A stretch of 24,000 bases of DNA. It comes from Rouxiella sp. T17 (lineage in GTDB: Bacteria; Pseudomonadota; Gammaproteobacteria; Enterobacterales; Enterobacteriaceae). The notes below the pieces were generated by a model. It ran no database searches and was not told the origin of the DNA. It was given only the letters and a program-made list of their open reading frames with translations. Each line of letters starts with the position of its first letter. Position 1 is the first letter of the stretch. The DNA lies in contig NZ_JAWUEA010000032.1 of assembly GCF_036663475.1 (NCBI RefSeq), positions 1 to 24,000 of the forward strand, read 5' to 3'. Shown here one piece after another: positions 1 through 11,150 of this stretch. Both the position numbers and the translations under genes were made by a program.

Positions 1-87
1 AGCCGCAGTGAGACTGGATGCTTCATAATGGTAACCCTTCAGATTCTGGAAGTGTCCAGGATCTGGGGTTCAGTGCACCTTGGCATA

Positions 88-164
88 CCTTTTGGGCGGT
101 CTGCGCCGCCGCGCAGTAAGCGGAGCGCATGCAGTTGAATTTGAATTTGAATTTGAATTTAAAA
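88..164. repeat. Intergenic repeat module copy A: GC hairpin (CTGCGC-cgcc-GCGCAG, 101-116) plus conserved arm ending GCATGCAG, fused to (TTGAAT)x4 at 135-158 and closed by TTAAAA
   Basis: The 41-nt core 94-134 matches 209-249 at 39/41 positions. Four perfect tandem hexamers were read directly from the sequence. Confidence 0.85.
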
Positions 165-172
165 GTTTGCTG

Positions 173-190
173 TTAGATTTTCAAATCTAA
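173..190. repeat. Perfect 18-bp palindrome TTAGATTT-TC-AAATCTAA between the two repeat modules
   Basis: The two 8-bp arms are exact reverse complements separated by 2 nt. That gap is too small for an RNA loop, so this looks more like a dimeric protein site or cruciform. Confidence 0.6.
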
Positions 191-202
191 ACCCGACTGT
201 GC

Positions 203-294
203 CTCTTTGAGCGGTCTGCGCCGCCGCGCAGTAAGCGAAGCGCATGCAGTTGAACTTGAACTTGAACTTGAACTTGAACTTGAACTTAAAAAAA
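203..294. repeat. Intergenic repeat module copy B: same GC hairpin (216-231) and arm, fused to (TTGAAC)x6 at 250-285 and closed by TTAAAAAAA
   Basis: The core 209-249 is near-identical to copy A. Six perfect tandem TTGAAC units were read directly from the sequence. Confidence 0.85.
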
Positions 295-481
295 TTTGAA
301 ATTAAAAAGATAAACTCGTTATTTCCCAATTTCCCGCAACCTTGATTAGTATCAAATTCCCTAAATCCCTTTTAAAGTAAGATCTCCCCGCCCGAAACCG
401 GACTGAAATCCGAATAAAACAGACCTTTTTGACCATTTATAAAGCAGTCGTTTAAAGGAAGCAGCATTTTTAATTCAATTA

Positions 482-510
482 TTCACTTTGTCAGAATATT
501 GGTTTATGCT
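482..510 (+). promoter_or_regulatory. Candidate sigma70 promoter for epd-pgk-fbaA (TTCACT-N17-TATGCT)
   Basis: Each hexamer matches consensus at 4/6 with 17-bp spacing. The predicted start falls inside the adjacent Cra-like box. This is a by-eye match only. Confidence 0.25.
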
Positions 511-512
511 CA

Positions 513-527
513 GCTGAACCGTTTCAG
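513..527 (+). promoter_or_regulatory. Candidate Cra (FruR) operator GCTGAACCGTTTCAG upstream of epd
   Basis: It matches the palindromic Cra core TGAAACGTTTCA at 11/12. The E. coli epd-pgk operon is a reported Cra/CRP target. The site lies 173-187 nt upstream of the epd ATG. Confidence 0.5.
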
Positions 528-699
528 TTATCGTTATTCCAGCGAATGTCGCTAAAACCCCGCTAACGTGTAAGGTTTAAAGTTGGGTATTGCATTCCGA
601 AATGCAATAAAGAGGCTGTGATGAGGATTCACCGCAAAGGCGCACTGCATTACTATAGGGTTACCGCAATTGGGTAACAACCGTGTAACAGGGAGAAGT

Positions 700-1716
700 A
701 TGCCAATACGTATCGCAATTAATGGCTTTGGTCGCATCGGCCGTAGCGTATTGCGCGCTTTATACGAATCTGGCCGCCGGGCAGAAATCAGCGTCGTGGC
801 AATCAACGAGCTTGCGAGTCCCGAAGGGATGGCGCACCTGCTGAAATATGACTCCAGCCACGGCCGCTTTGCCTGGGACGTGCGTCAGGAAGGCGACGTG
901 CTCTCCGTTGGCGATGATACCATCCGCTTGCTCCATCAACCCGATGCCAGCCTTTTACCCTGGGGCGAATTAAGCATCGACGTGGTTCTCGACTGTACCG
1001 GCGTGTTCGGCAGTCGCGAAGATGGAGAAGCCCAGCTCGCCGCCGGCGCGAAGAAAATCCTCTTTGCGCACCCGGGCGGGAACGATCTGGATGCCACTGT
1101 CGTCTACGGCGTGAATCATCACCTCCTGGAACGCCAGCACCGCATCGTCTCCAACGCTTCCTGTACCACCAATTGCATTATTCCGATTATTAAACTGCTG
1201 GACGACGAGTTCGACATCGAATTCGGCACCGTCACCACCATCCATTCCGCGATGCACGACCAGCCGGTAATCGATGCTTATCACTCCGATTTGCGTCGAA
1301 CCCGCGCGGCCAGCCAGTCAATTATTCCCGTAGATACCAAGCTCTCGGCCGGTATTACCCGCATTATGCCCAAGTTCTGCGACCGCTTCGAAGCTATCTC
1401 GGTGCGCGTGCCAACCATCAACGTGACCGCCATTGACCTCAGCGTTTTTGTTTCCAAAAAGGTTGATGTAGAGCATGTTAACCAGCTGTTGCAAAAGGCA
1501 TCGAACGGGGCATTTCGTGGTATTGTTGACTATACCGAACTACCATTAGTTTCTACTGATTTTAACCACGACCCGCACAGCGCCATCGTCGATGGCACGC
1601 AGACGCGGGTTAGCGGTCAGCGCCTGATCAAAACTCTGGTCTGGTGCGACAACGAATGGGGCTTCGCGAACAGAATGCTCGACACGACTCTGGCGATGTC
1701 CGAAAGCGGTTTCTAG
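700..1716 (+). CDS. epd: D-erythrose-4-phosphate dehydrogenase (GapB/Epd)
   Basis: Similarity to E. coli Epd runs end to end ([15 protein letters not shown]..., SNASCTTNC active-site motif, ...[19 protein letters not shown]). I moved the start from the track TTG at 670 to the ATG at 700, which has a GGGAGAAG Shine-Dalgarno 2 nt upstream and fits the homologue N-terminus. Confidence 0.97.
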   Translation: MPIRIAINGFGRIGRSVLRALYESGRRAEISVVAINELASPEGMAHLLKYDSSHGRFAWDVRQEGDVLSVGDDTIRLLHQPDASLLPWGELSIDVVLDCTGVFGSREDGEAQLAAGAKKILFAHPGGNDLDATVVYGVNHHLLERQHRIVSNASCTTNCIIPIIKLLDDEFDIEFGTVTTIHSAMHDQPVIDAYHSDLRRTRAASQSIIPVDTKLSAGITRIMPKFCDRFEAISVRVPTINVTAIDLSVFVSKKVDVEHVNQLLQKASNGAFRGIVDYTELPLVSTDFNHDPHSAIVDGTQTRVSGQRLIKTLVWCDNEWGFANRMLDTTLAMSESGF

Positions 1717-1784
1717 AAAGGTCACGCGGCTTTGGCCGTTGCGCCCTCAAGCAACTTTAAAGAGAATCAACGAGAGGATTCACC

Positions 1785-2948
1785 ATGTCTGTAATTAAGA
1801 TGAGCGATCTGGATTTAGCAGGTAAACGTGTATTGATCCGCGCGGATCTGAACGTACCGGTTAAAGACGGGAAAGTGACGTCTGATGCACGTATCCGTGC
1901 CTCTTTGCCAACCATCGAAACCGCCCTGAAGCAGGGTGCGCGCGTGATGGTGACCTCACATCTGGGTCGTCCAACCGAAGGCGAGTACAACGAAGAGTTT
2001 TCTCTGCTGCCTGTGGTTAACTACCTGAAAGACAAGCTCGGTTCTAAAGTGCGTCTGGCGAAAGATTATCTGGACGGCGTTGATATTGCTGAGGGCGAGT
2101 TGGTTGTTCTGGAAAACGTTCGCTTTAACAAAGGCGAAAAGAAAGACGACGAAACCCTGTCTAAAAAATATGCAGCACTTTGTGACGTTTATGTCATGGA
2201 TGCTTTCGGTACTGCACACCGTGCGCAGGCTTCAACGCACGGCGTAGGCAAATTTGCCCCTATCGCCTGTGCCGGTCCGCTGCTGTCGGCCGAGCTCGAA
2301 GCACTGGGCAAAGCGCTGGGTAATCCGGCACGTCCGATGGTTGCTATCGTGGGCGGTTCTAAAGTTTCAAGCAAACTGACCGTGCTCGACGCGCTGTCTA
2401 AAATTGCCGATCAGCTGATTGTGGGCGGCGGTATCGCTAACACCTTCGTCGCGGCGCAGGGTCACAACGTGGGCAAATCACTGTATGAAGCAGACTTGGT
2501 AGACACCGCCAAAAAACTGCTCGAAACCTGTGATATTCCAGTGCCTACCGATGTTCGCGTGGCTACCGAATTCTCCGAAACGGCAACGGCCACGGTGAAA
2601 TCGACCAGCGATATCAAAGACGAAGAGCAAATTCTGGATATGGGCGACGTGTCTGCACAGCGTCTGGCCGAGATCCTGAAAAACGCCAAAACCATTCTGT
2701 GGAATGGCCCGGTTGGCGTGTTCGAGTTCCCTAACTTCCGTAAAGGAACCGAAATTGTGGCGCATGCCATTGCCGATAGCGATGCATTCTCTATCGCGGG
2801 CGGCGGCGACACTCTGGCAGCCATCGACTTGTTCGGTATTGCCGACAAAATTTCCTACATCTCCACCGGTGGCGGCGCATTCCTCGAGTTCGTTGAAGGG
2901 AAAGAGCTGCCAGCCGTTGCGATGCTGGAAGCGCGTGCTAAAAAGTAA
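1785..2948 (+). CDS. pgk: Phosphoglycerate kinase
   Basis: 387 aa, nearly collinear with E. coli Pgk ([45 protein letters not shown]...). A GAGAGGA RBS precedes the ATG. Confidence 0.98.
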   Translation: MSVIKMSDLDLAGKRVLIRADLNVPVKDGKVTSDARIRASLPTIETALKQGARVMVTSHLGRPTEGEYNEEFSLLPVVNYLKDKLGSKVRLAKDYLDGVDIAEGELVVLENVRFNKGEKKDDETLSKKYAALCDVYVMDAFGTAHRAQASTHGVGKFAPIACAGPLLSAELEALGKALGNPARPMVAIVGGSKVSSKLTVLDALSKIADQLIVGGGIANTFVAAQGHNVGKSLYEADLVDTAKKLLETCDIPVPTDVRVATEFSETATATVKSTSDIKDEEQILDMGDVSAQRLAEILKNAKTILWNGPVGVFEFPNFRKGTEIVAHAIADSDAFSIAGGGDTLAAIDLFGIADKISYISTGGGAFLEFVEGKELPAVAMLEARAKK

Positions 2949-2955
2949 TAATCCA

Positions 2956-2994
2956 GGGCAGATGAGATATCGTCTGCCCACGCTCTATTTTTTT
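2956..2994 (+). terminator. pgk-fbaA intercistronic stem-loop, a possible partial terminator or processing site
   Basis: A 10-bp stem GGGCAGATGA-gata-TCGTCTGCCC spans 2956-2979. The T7 run at 2988-2994 is separated from it by 8 nt, so this is not a canonical intrinsic terminator. Confidence 0.45.
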
Positions 2995-3041
2995 AAATCC
3001 GATTCAATCCATCTACGACCGACGAAACAGGACAACGTAAT

Positions 3042-4121
3042 ATGTCTAAAATTTTTGATTTCGTAAAACCTGGTGTGATCACTGGTGATGACGTTCAGAA
3101 AGTCTTCGCTATCGCCAAAGAGAACGCGTTTGCTCTTCCTGCTGTTAACTGCGTGGGCACTGATTCAATCAATGCCGCGCTGGAAGCCGCTGCGAAAGTA
3201 AAAGGCCCAATCATCATTCAGTTCTCCAACGGTGGCGCTGGCTTTATCGCCGGTAAAGGTTTAAAAACTGACGTTCCACAGGGCGGCGCTATTCTGGGCG
3301 CAATCTCTGGCGCACAGCACGTTCACCTGTTGGCTGAACACTACGGCGTGCCGGTTATTCTGCATACCGACCACTGCGCGAAGAAACTGCTGCCATGGAT
3401 CGACGGTCTGTTGGACGCGGGTGAAAAACACTTTGCACAAACCGGTAAACCACTGTTCTCTTCTCACATGATTGACCTGTCTGAAGAGCCACTGGAAGAA
3501 AACATCGAGATTTGCAGCAAGTATCTGGCGCGTATGGCCAAGATCGACATGACGCTGGAAATCGAGCTGGGTTGCACCGGCGGTGAAGAAGATGGCGTTG
3601 ATAACAGCCACATGGACGCTTCTGCGCTTTACACTCAGCCAGAAGACGTTGATTACGCTTATGAAAAACTGAGCGCTATCAGCCCACGCTTCACTATCGC
3701 TGCTTCCTTCGGTAACGTTCACGGCGTGTACAAGCCAGGCAACGTGAAACTGACCCCAACTATCCTGCGTGATTCTCAAGATTACGTCAGCAAGAAACAC
3801 AACCTGCCGCACAACTCCCTGGACTTCGTATTCCACGGTGGTTCAGGTTCTTCTGCTGCCGAAATCAAAGAGTCCATCAGCTACGGTGTTATCAAAATGA
3901 ACATCGATACTGATACTCAGTGGGCTAACTGGGACGGTATTCTTCAGTTCTACAAAAAGAACGAAGCGTATCTGCAGGCGCAGCTGGGTAACCCGGAAGG
4001 CGCAGACAAGCCGAACAAGAAATTCTACGATCCACGTGTTTGGCTGCGTTCTGCACAGTCATCCATGGTGACGCGTCTGGAACAGGCGTTCCAGGAACTG
4101 AACGACGTTGATCGTCTGTAA
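3042..4121 (+). CDS. fbaA: Fructose-bisphosphate aldolase, class II
   Basis: 359 aa, near-identical architecture to E. coli FbaA (MSKIFDFVKPGVITGDDVQKVF..., HTDHCAKKLLPWIDGLL, FHGGSGS). Confidence 0.98.
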   Translation: MSKIFDFVKPGVITGDDVQKVFAIAKENAFALPAVNCVGTDSINAALEAAAKVKGPIIIQFSNGGAGFIAGKGLKTDVPQGGAILGAISGAQHVHLLAEHYGVPVILHTDHCAKKLLPWIDGLLDAGEKHFAQTGKPLFSSHMIDLSEEPLEENIEICSKYLARMAKIDMTLEIELGCTGGEEDGVDNSHMDASALYTQPEDVDYAYEKLSAISPRFTIAASFGNVHGVYKPGNVKLTPTILRDSQDYVSKKHNLPHNSLDFVFHGGSGSSAAEIKESISYGVIKMNIDTDTQWANWDGILQFYKKNEAYLQAQLGNPEGADKPNKKFYDPRVWLRSAQSSMVTRLEQAFQELNDVDRL

Positions 4122-4160
4122 TCACTCTGTCTGCGAAAGCAGTCGGCGTTGAGAAATGAA

Positions 4161-4186
4161 AGAGGGGCCTTGATGGCCCCTTTTTA
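4161..4186. terminator. Rho-independent terminator after fbaA, possibly shared with the convergent pheC-like gene
   Basis: GGGGCC-ttgat-GGCCCC stem followed by TTTTT. It lies between convergent stop codons at 4121 and 4230. Confidence 0.8.
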
Positions 4187-4229
4187 TTGGCAAATTTTAG
4201 CTAATCGTAATCGATAAGCGCCGATTCAC

Positions 4230-4985
4230 TTAACGCCAGCCTGCCACCACTTTCTGATACTCGCCCGTTGCGCGCGCCAGATGCAGCCACTGGTCAACAT
4301 ACAGTTTCCAGGTGATATCATCGGTCGGCAGCATGTAAGCCTTTTCGCCGTACTGCATGGGTTTTTCAGGATTTACCGCGCAAAGCGAAGGATGCGATTT
4401 CTTCTGATACAGCGCTTCCGAGGCATCGGTAATCATCACGTCCGCCTTTTTATCGGCGAGCTGTTGGAAAATACCGGCATTATCGTGTGACAAAATCAGA
4501 CTGCTTTCAGGCAGATAGGCGTGAACAAACGCTTCGTTAGTGCCGCCGATGGGCTCGATAACGCGCACTGACGATTGATTGATTTGCTCAATCGTTTGAT
4601 ATTTTTTCACGTCATCGCAGCGCACAAACGGGATCTTCCCGTCGACGTCCAGACTTTCGGCGAAATAGACCTGCTGCTGACGAGGCAAGGTGACGGACAC
4701 GCCGCCCATCGCAATATCACATTTTCCGGCGACCAGATCCGGCGTCAGCGTTTTCCAGGTCGATTTCACCAGATTAAGCTTAACGTCCAGGCTTTTCGCC
4801 AGCGATTCGGCCATTGAAATATCGATGCCTTCATAGCTGCCATCGGGCTTCTGAAAGGTGTAAGGCTTATAATCGCCGGTGGTGCAGACATTCAGCGTGC
4901 CTTGCTTAACGACGCCTTGTAAATGAGACTCGGCGCTAGCGCTTCCTGCGGCAAGCAGTAAAACCAAAGGTAATATTTTTTTCAT
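4230..4985 (-). CDS. Periplasmic cyclohexadienyl (prephenate/arogenate) dehydratase-like protein, PheC family, type-3 solute-binding-protein fold
   Basis: It has an N-terminal signal peptide (MKKILPLVLLLAAGSASA). Motif blocks match my recollection of Pseudomonas PheC: TTGDYKPY, DIAMGGVSVTLPRQQQVYF, GGTNE, IFQQLADKKADVMITD, HPSLCAV, EKAYMLP, YVDQWLH. The CDS call is secure. Enzyme versus plain amino-acid binding protein is less certain. Confidence 0.65.
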   Translation of the reverse strand: MKKILPLVLLLAAGSASAESHLQGVVKQGTLNVCTTGDYKPYTFQKPDGSYEGIDISMAESLAKSLDVKLNLVKSTWKTLTPDLVAGKCDIAMGGVSVTLPRQQQVYFAESLDVDGKIPFVRCDDVKKYQTIEQINQSSVRVIEPIGGTNEAFVHAYLPESSLILSHDNAGIFQQLADKKADVMITDASEALYQKKSHPSLCAVNPEKPMQYGEKAYMLPTDDITWKLYVDQWLHLARATGEYQKVVAGWR

Positions 4986-5012
4986 TTTAGCTCTGTTTTA
5001 TAGGTGGAGAGG

Positions 5013-6389
5013 TTAGGCAATCTTACCCGTTAGCGCGATATTTTTCTTCTTCCTGAATTGATAGCCCACGGCAAGCATCAGCAGCCAAACGGGAATCAAC
5101 CACACTGAAATCTGCATGCCCGGCGTCATAAACATAATCACTAAAATGGCGGCCAAAAAAGCCAGACAGAGATAGTTAGTAAACGGATAAGCAAGGCTTG
5201 GGAAACGGGTTTTCTGATTAACCGTGTGCAGAGCGCGACGGAATTTCAGGTGCGTAATACTGATCATCGCCCAGTTGATCACCAGAGCCGACACCACCAA
5301 TGACATCAGCAGTTCAAACGCCTTGCCCGGCATTAAATAGTTGAGCAGCACGCACAGCGCCGTGATCAACGCCGAGACGCTCAGCGCATTAAACGGAATG
5401 CCACGACGATTCACTTTCATCAACGCTTTCGGCGCGTGACCCTGCTTTGCCAAACCAAATAGCATGCGGCTGTTGCTGAAAACGCAGCTGTTGTAGACCG
5501 ACAGCGCGGCCGAAAGCACCACGGCATTGAGCAAGGTGGCGACCAAATTACTGTTAAGTGCATGGAAAATAAGTACAAACGGACTGCCGCCTTCGACCAC
5601 TTTTTGCCACGGATACAGCGACAACAGCACCGCCAGCGCGCCTACGTAGAACAGCAAAATACGATAAATCACCTGATTAGTGGCTTTCGGAATGCTCTTT
5701 TCTGGATTGTCGGCTTCGGCGGCGGTAATACCGATAAGTTCAAGGCCGCCAAACGAGAACATGATCACCGCCATCGCCATGACTAATCCTTTCACGCCAT
5801 TCGGAAAGAAGCCGCCGTTCTGCCACAGGTTGGCTACGCTGGCTTCCGGACCACCTTTGCCACTGGCAAGTAGCCACGCGCCGAAAGCAATCATGCCCAC
5901 AATGGCGGCCACTTTAATGATTGAGAACCAGAATTCGACCTCGCCGTAAATCTTCACGCTGGACATATTAATCAGGTTAATGGCGACGAAAAACACGGCG
6001 GCAGAAACCCAGGTTGGAATTTCGGGCCACCAATATTGCACATAAATGCCGACGGCGGTCAGTTCCGCCATGCTGACTAACACGTACAGCACCCAATAGT
6101 TCCAGCCTGAGGTAAAACCGGCAAAACTGCCCCAATATTTATTGGCAAAATGGCTGAAGGAGCCTGCAACCGGTTCGTGAACCACCATTTCACCCAGCTG
6201 TCGCATGATGAAAAAGGCGATGATGCCCGCGACCGCGTAACCTAGCAGCACGGACGGGCCGGCCATTTTGATGGTTTGCGCGATGCCAAGAAACAGGCCC
6301 GTGCCGATAGCGCCACCGAGCGCAATCAGCTGAATGTGACGGTTTTTTAACCCTCTTTTTAGCTGACCTTCTGCGTGTTGTGCGTCCAT
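5013..6389 (-). CDS. Aromatic amino acid:H+ symporter, AroP/PheP family (APC superfamily)
   Basis: 458 aa, collinear with E. coli AroP/PheP (LKRGLKNRHIQLIALGGAIGTGLFLG, IMRQLGEMVV.EPVAGSFSHFA.KYWG, FSFGGLELIGITAAEA.NPEKSIPKATNQVIYRIL). A GGGGA RBS precedes the ATG. It sits 27 bp upstream of and co-oriented with the pheC-like gene. Confidence 0.93.
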   Translation of the reverse strand: MDAQHAEGQLKRGLKNRHIQLIALGGAIGTGLFLGIAQTIKMAGPSVLLGYAVAGIIAFFIMRQLGEMVVHEPVAGSFSHFANKYWGSFAGFTSGWNYWVLYVLVSMAELTAVGIYVQYWWPEIPTWVSAAVFFVAINLINMSSVKIYGEVEFWFSIIKVAAIVGMIAFGAWLLASGKGGPEASVANLWQNGGFFPNGVKGLVMAMAVIMFSFGGLELIGITAAEADNPEKSIPKATNQVIYRILLFYVGALAVLLSLYPWQKVVEGGSPFVLIFHALNSNLVATLLNAVVLSAALSVYNSCVFSNSRMLFGLAKQGHAPKALMKVNRRGIPFNALSVSALITALCVLLNYLMPGKAFELLMSLVVSALVINWAMISITHLKFRRALHTVNQKTRFPSLAYPFTNYLCLAFLAAILVIMFMTPGMQISVWLIPVWLLMLAVGYQFRKKKNIALTGKIA

Positions 6390-6456
6390 TAATTTTCCCC
6401 AAAGAGTGAAACTGTTTTCTACTGCTGAATTAGCAATTCTCGGGCCATTAAATAGC

Positions 6457-6474
6457 TGTAAAGAAAGGTTTTTA
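6457..6474. promoter_or_regulatory. Candidate TyrR box TGTAAA-GAAAGG-TTTTTA upstream of the permease
   Basis: It matches TGTAAA-N6-TTTACA at 6/6 on the left arm and 4/6 on the right. It lies 68-85 bp upstream of the permease start. E. coli aroP is TyrR-regulated. Confidence 0.3.
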
Positions 6475-6731
6475 AGTCAACTATTTGATAATTAACAGTA
6501 AATATATTTATCGATAATGCGTGAAATACGCACCTCGGCTAACGGACTTACCAATTCTGTGCTTAAAAAAGGGTTATTGTGCGCGAAGTGAGCAGTTAAT
6601 GACGCGTAAACGACTGATGCTGACCCAAATTGGTGCAAGGTGAGGGTTGAAGCTCTACGGGTTGCTCGACCAGCCAAGAAATCTGTTATTATCAGCCCTT
6701 GCTTTCCCTCTACCGATTCAGGATACCGCCG

Positions 6732-7817
6732 TTGAATAAGCCAAAATCCGTAACGCTCGATGATGTTGCTCGCCACGCTGGTGTCTCTTATCAGACGGTG
6801 TCGCGCGTGCTGAATCAGGCCGCGCAGGTTGCTGAAAAAACGCGGGAAAGGGTAGAGGCCGCCATGCGCGAGCTGAACTATGTGCCGAATCGCATGGCGC
6901 AGCAGCTGGCCGGAAAACGCAGTTTTACGCTGGGCTTGGCGAGTACCAATCTGGCCCTCAACGCTCCGTCGCAGGGCGCTTCGGCCATTAAAAGTCGCGC
7001 CAGCCAACTTGGCTATCACGTGGTGATTTCAATGGTCGAGGATTTGCAGTTGCAATCCTGTCGCGCGGCGGTTAACGAACTGATTGCCCAGCGCGTCGAC
7101 GGCATTTTGATCAACGTGCCTTTGGATACGGGAAACGCGCACGAAGTAAAACAGTGCTGCGGGAATTTGCCGGTGCTGTTTTTAGACGTCGATCCGCAGG
7201 CTAATCTGTTCAGCATTTTGTTTGATCCTCTTGAGGGCGCAAGACAGGGTCTGGAACATTTGCTCGATTTGGGGCATCGCGACATCGCCTTGCTAACCGG
7301 TCCGCTGGAGTCGGTTTCGGCGCGTTTGCGTTACGAAGGCTGGCTCGGCGGCCTGTCTGAAAATCAGCTCGACCCTTTTACCGTGCTGCACGGCGACTGG
7401 AGTTCCGCCTCGGGTTATCAGTTGGCGCTTGAGTTATTGAACCAACCGCAGCGACCGACGGCGATACTGGTCGCCAACGATCAGATGGCGCTCGGCGTCC
7501 TGCGCGCCGCGCATCAGAGTGGTGTCAACGTGCCGCAGCAGCTGTCAGTGGTAGGTTATGACGACACGGAAGATAGCGCCTATTTTCAGCCGCCGCTGAC
7601 CACCATTGCGCAGGATTTTCGCCTGAGCGGGCGCGAAAGCGTGAACCGGATGGTGCAAGCATTGCAACATCCCCAACAAACCCACGCCGAATCACTTTTA
7701 CTGCACACCACGCTAAAGCTGCGTCAAACCACCGCCGCACCTAACGCGCTGGCGGATTCTGCGCTCACGCTCGCCGATCAGCTCAAAGTTATCGCGCGCA
7801 AACTTGAACAGCTTTAA
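6732..7817 (+). CDS. lacI: Lactose operon repressor (LacI/GalR family)
   Basis: It is collinear with E. coli LacI: the HTH VTLDDVARHAGVSYQTVSRVLNQ, LVANDQMALG, SVVGYDDTEDS, PPLTTI.QDFRL, and a C-terminal heptad segment LADQLKVIARKLEQL like the tetramerisation helix. The start is uncertain. I prefer TTG at 6732 (homologous to E. coli MKPVTL, AGGA 8 nt upstream) over the track TTG at 6699. Confidence 0.93.
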   Translation: MNKPKSVTLDDVARHAGVSYQTVSRVLNQAAQVAEKTRERVEAAMRELNYVPNRMAQQLAGKRSFTLGLASTNLALNAPSQGASAIKSRASQLGYHVVISMVEDLQLQSCRAAVNELIAQRVDGILINVPLDTGNAHEVKQCCGNLPVLFLDVDPQANLFSILFDPLEGARQGLEHLLDLGHRDIALLTGPLESVSARLRYEGWLGGLSENQLDPFTVLHGDWSSASGYQLALELLNQPQRPTAILVANDQMALGVLRAAHQSGVNVPQQLSVVGYDDTEDSAYFQPPLTTIAQDFRLSGRESVNRMVQALQHPQQTHAESLLLHTTLKLRQTTAAPNALADSALTLADQLKVIARKLEQL

Positions 7818-7846
7818 GCCTTTGCGTGCGTTTCTGCCCTTGAATT

Positions 7847-7862
7847 TGTGATCCCCGTCGCC
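7847..7862 (+). promoter_or_regulatory. Weak candidate CRP site TGTGATCCCCGTCGCC upstream of lacZ
   Basis: The left half TGTGA is perfect and the right half is 3/5. Its position, about 60-67 bp upstream of the predicted start, is appropriate for a class I site. Confidence 0.25.
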
Positions 7863-7884
7863 TTCTGAAAGCTGCTTTCTTTAC

Positions 7885-7914
7885 TTAACCTCCCTTAAGC
7901 CCCATTTTTAAAAT
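7885..7914 (+). promoter_or_regulatory. Candidate lac promoter (TTAACC-N18-TAAAAT)
   Basis: A -10-like TAAAAT at 7909-7914 lies immediately upstream of the operator. The -35 is weak, as expected for an activator-dependent promoter. Confidence 0.3.
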
Positions 7915-7917
7915 ATT

Positions 7918-11092
<3,175 letters not shown>

Positions 11093-11103
11093 AAGAGAGA
11101 TAC

Positions 11104-11128
11104 GCTGCCGTACATGAGGTGCGGCAGC
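11104..11128 (+). other. lacZ-lacY intercistronic stem-loop
   Basis: 7-bp stem GCTGCCG ... CGGCAGC with an 11-nt loop and no T-run. It is probably an mRNA structure rather than a terminator. Confidence 0.4.
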
Positions 11129-11150
11129 CGTTGAGGCTGAGGATTTGCAG

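Noticed and set aside
1-26. Possible 5' end of a minus-strand gene leaving the window. The reverse complement reads ATGAAGCATCCAGTCTCACTGCGGCT (MKHPVSLR...).
   Set aside because: Only 26 nt are visible, the RBS is weak and no homology can be judged. It cannot be supported from this window.
552-806. 84-aa minus-strand ORF overlapping the epd leader and start.
   Set aside because: It is antisense to the 5' end of the strongly conserved epd gene, has no RBS, and its product is low-complexity and Arg/Pro-rich, typical of an antisense frame.
970-4125. Track ORFs nested in or antisense to epd, pgk and fbaA (970-1284, 1757-1990, 1956-2219, 2189-2374, 2462-2848, 2478-2981, 2704-3066, 3261-3836, 3925-4125).
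   Set aside because: All overlap genes with near-complete homology to well-known glycolytic enzymes. Their translations are compositionally skewed with no recognisable motifs.
6492-7019. 175-aa minus-strand ORF spanning the permease-lacI intergenic region and the lacI 5' end.
   Set aside because: It is antisense to the conserved LacI HTH-coding region. The remainder is promoter DNA, and no homology was recognised.
7800-7846. Search for a lac O3-like auxiliary operator about 90 bp upstream of O1.
   Set aside because: No GTGAGCG-type half-site or pseudo-palindrome is visible there. I will not call O3 without a PWM scan.
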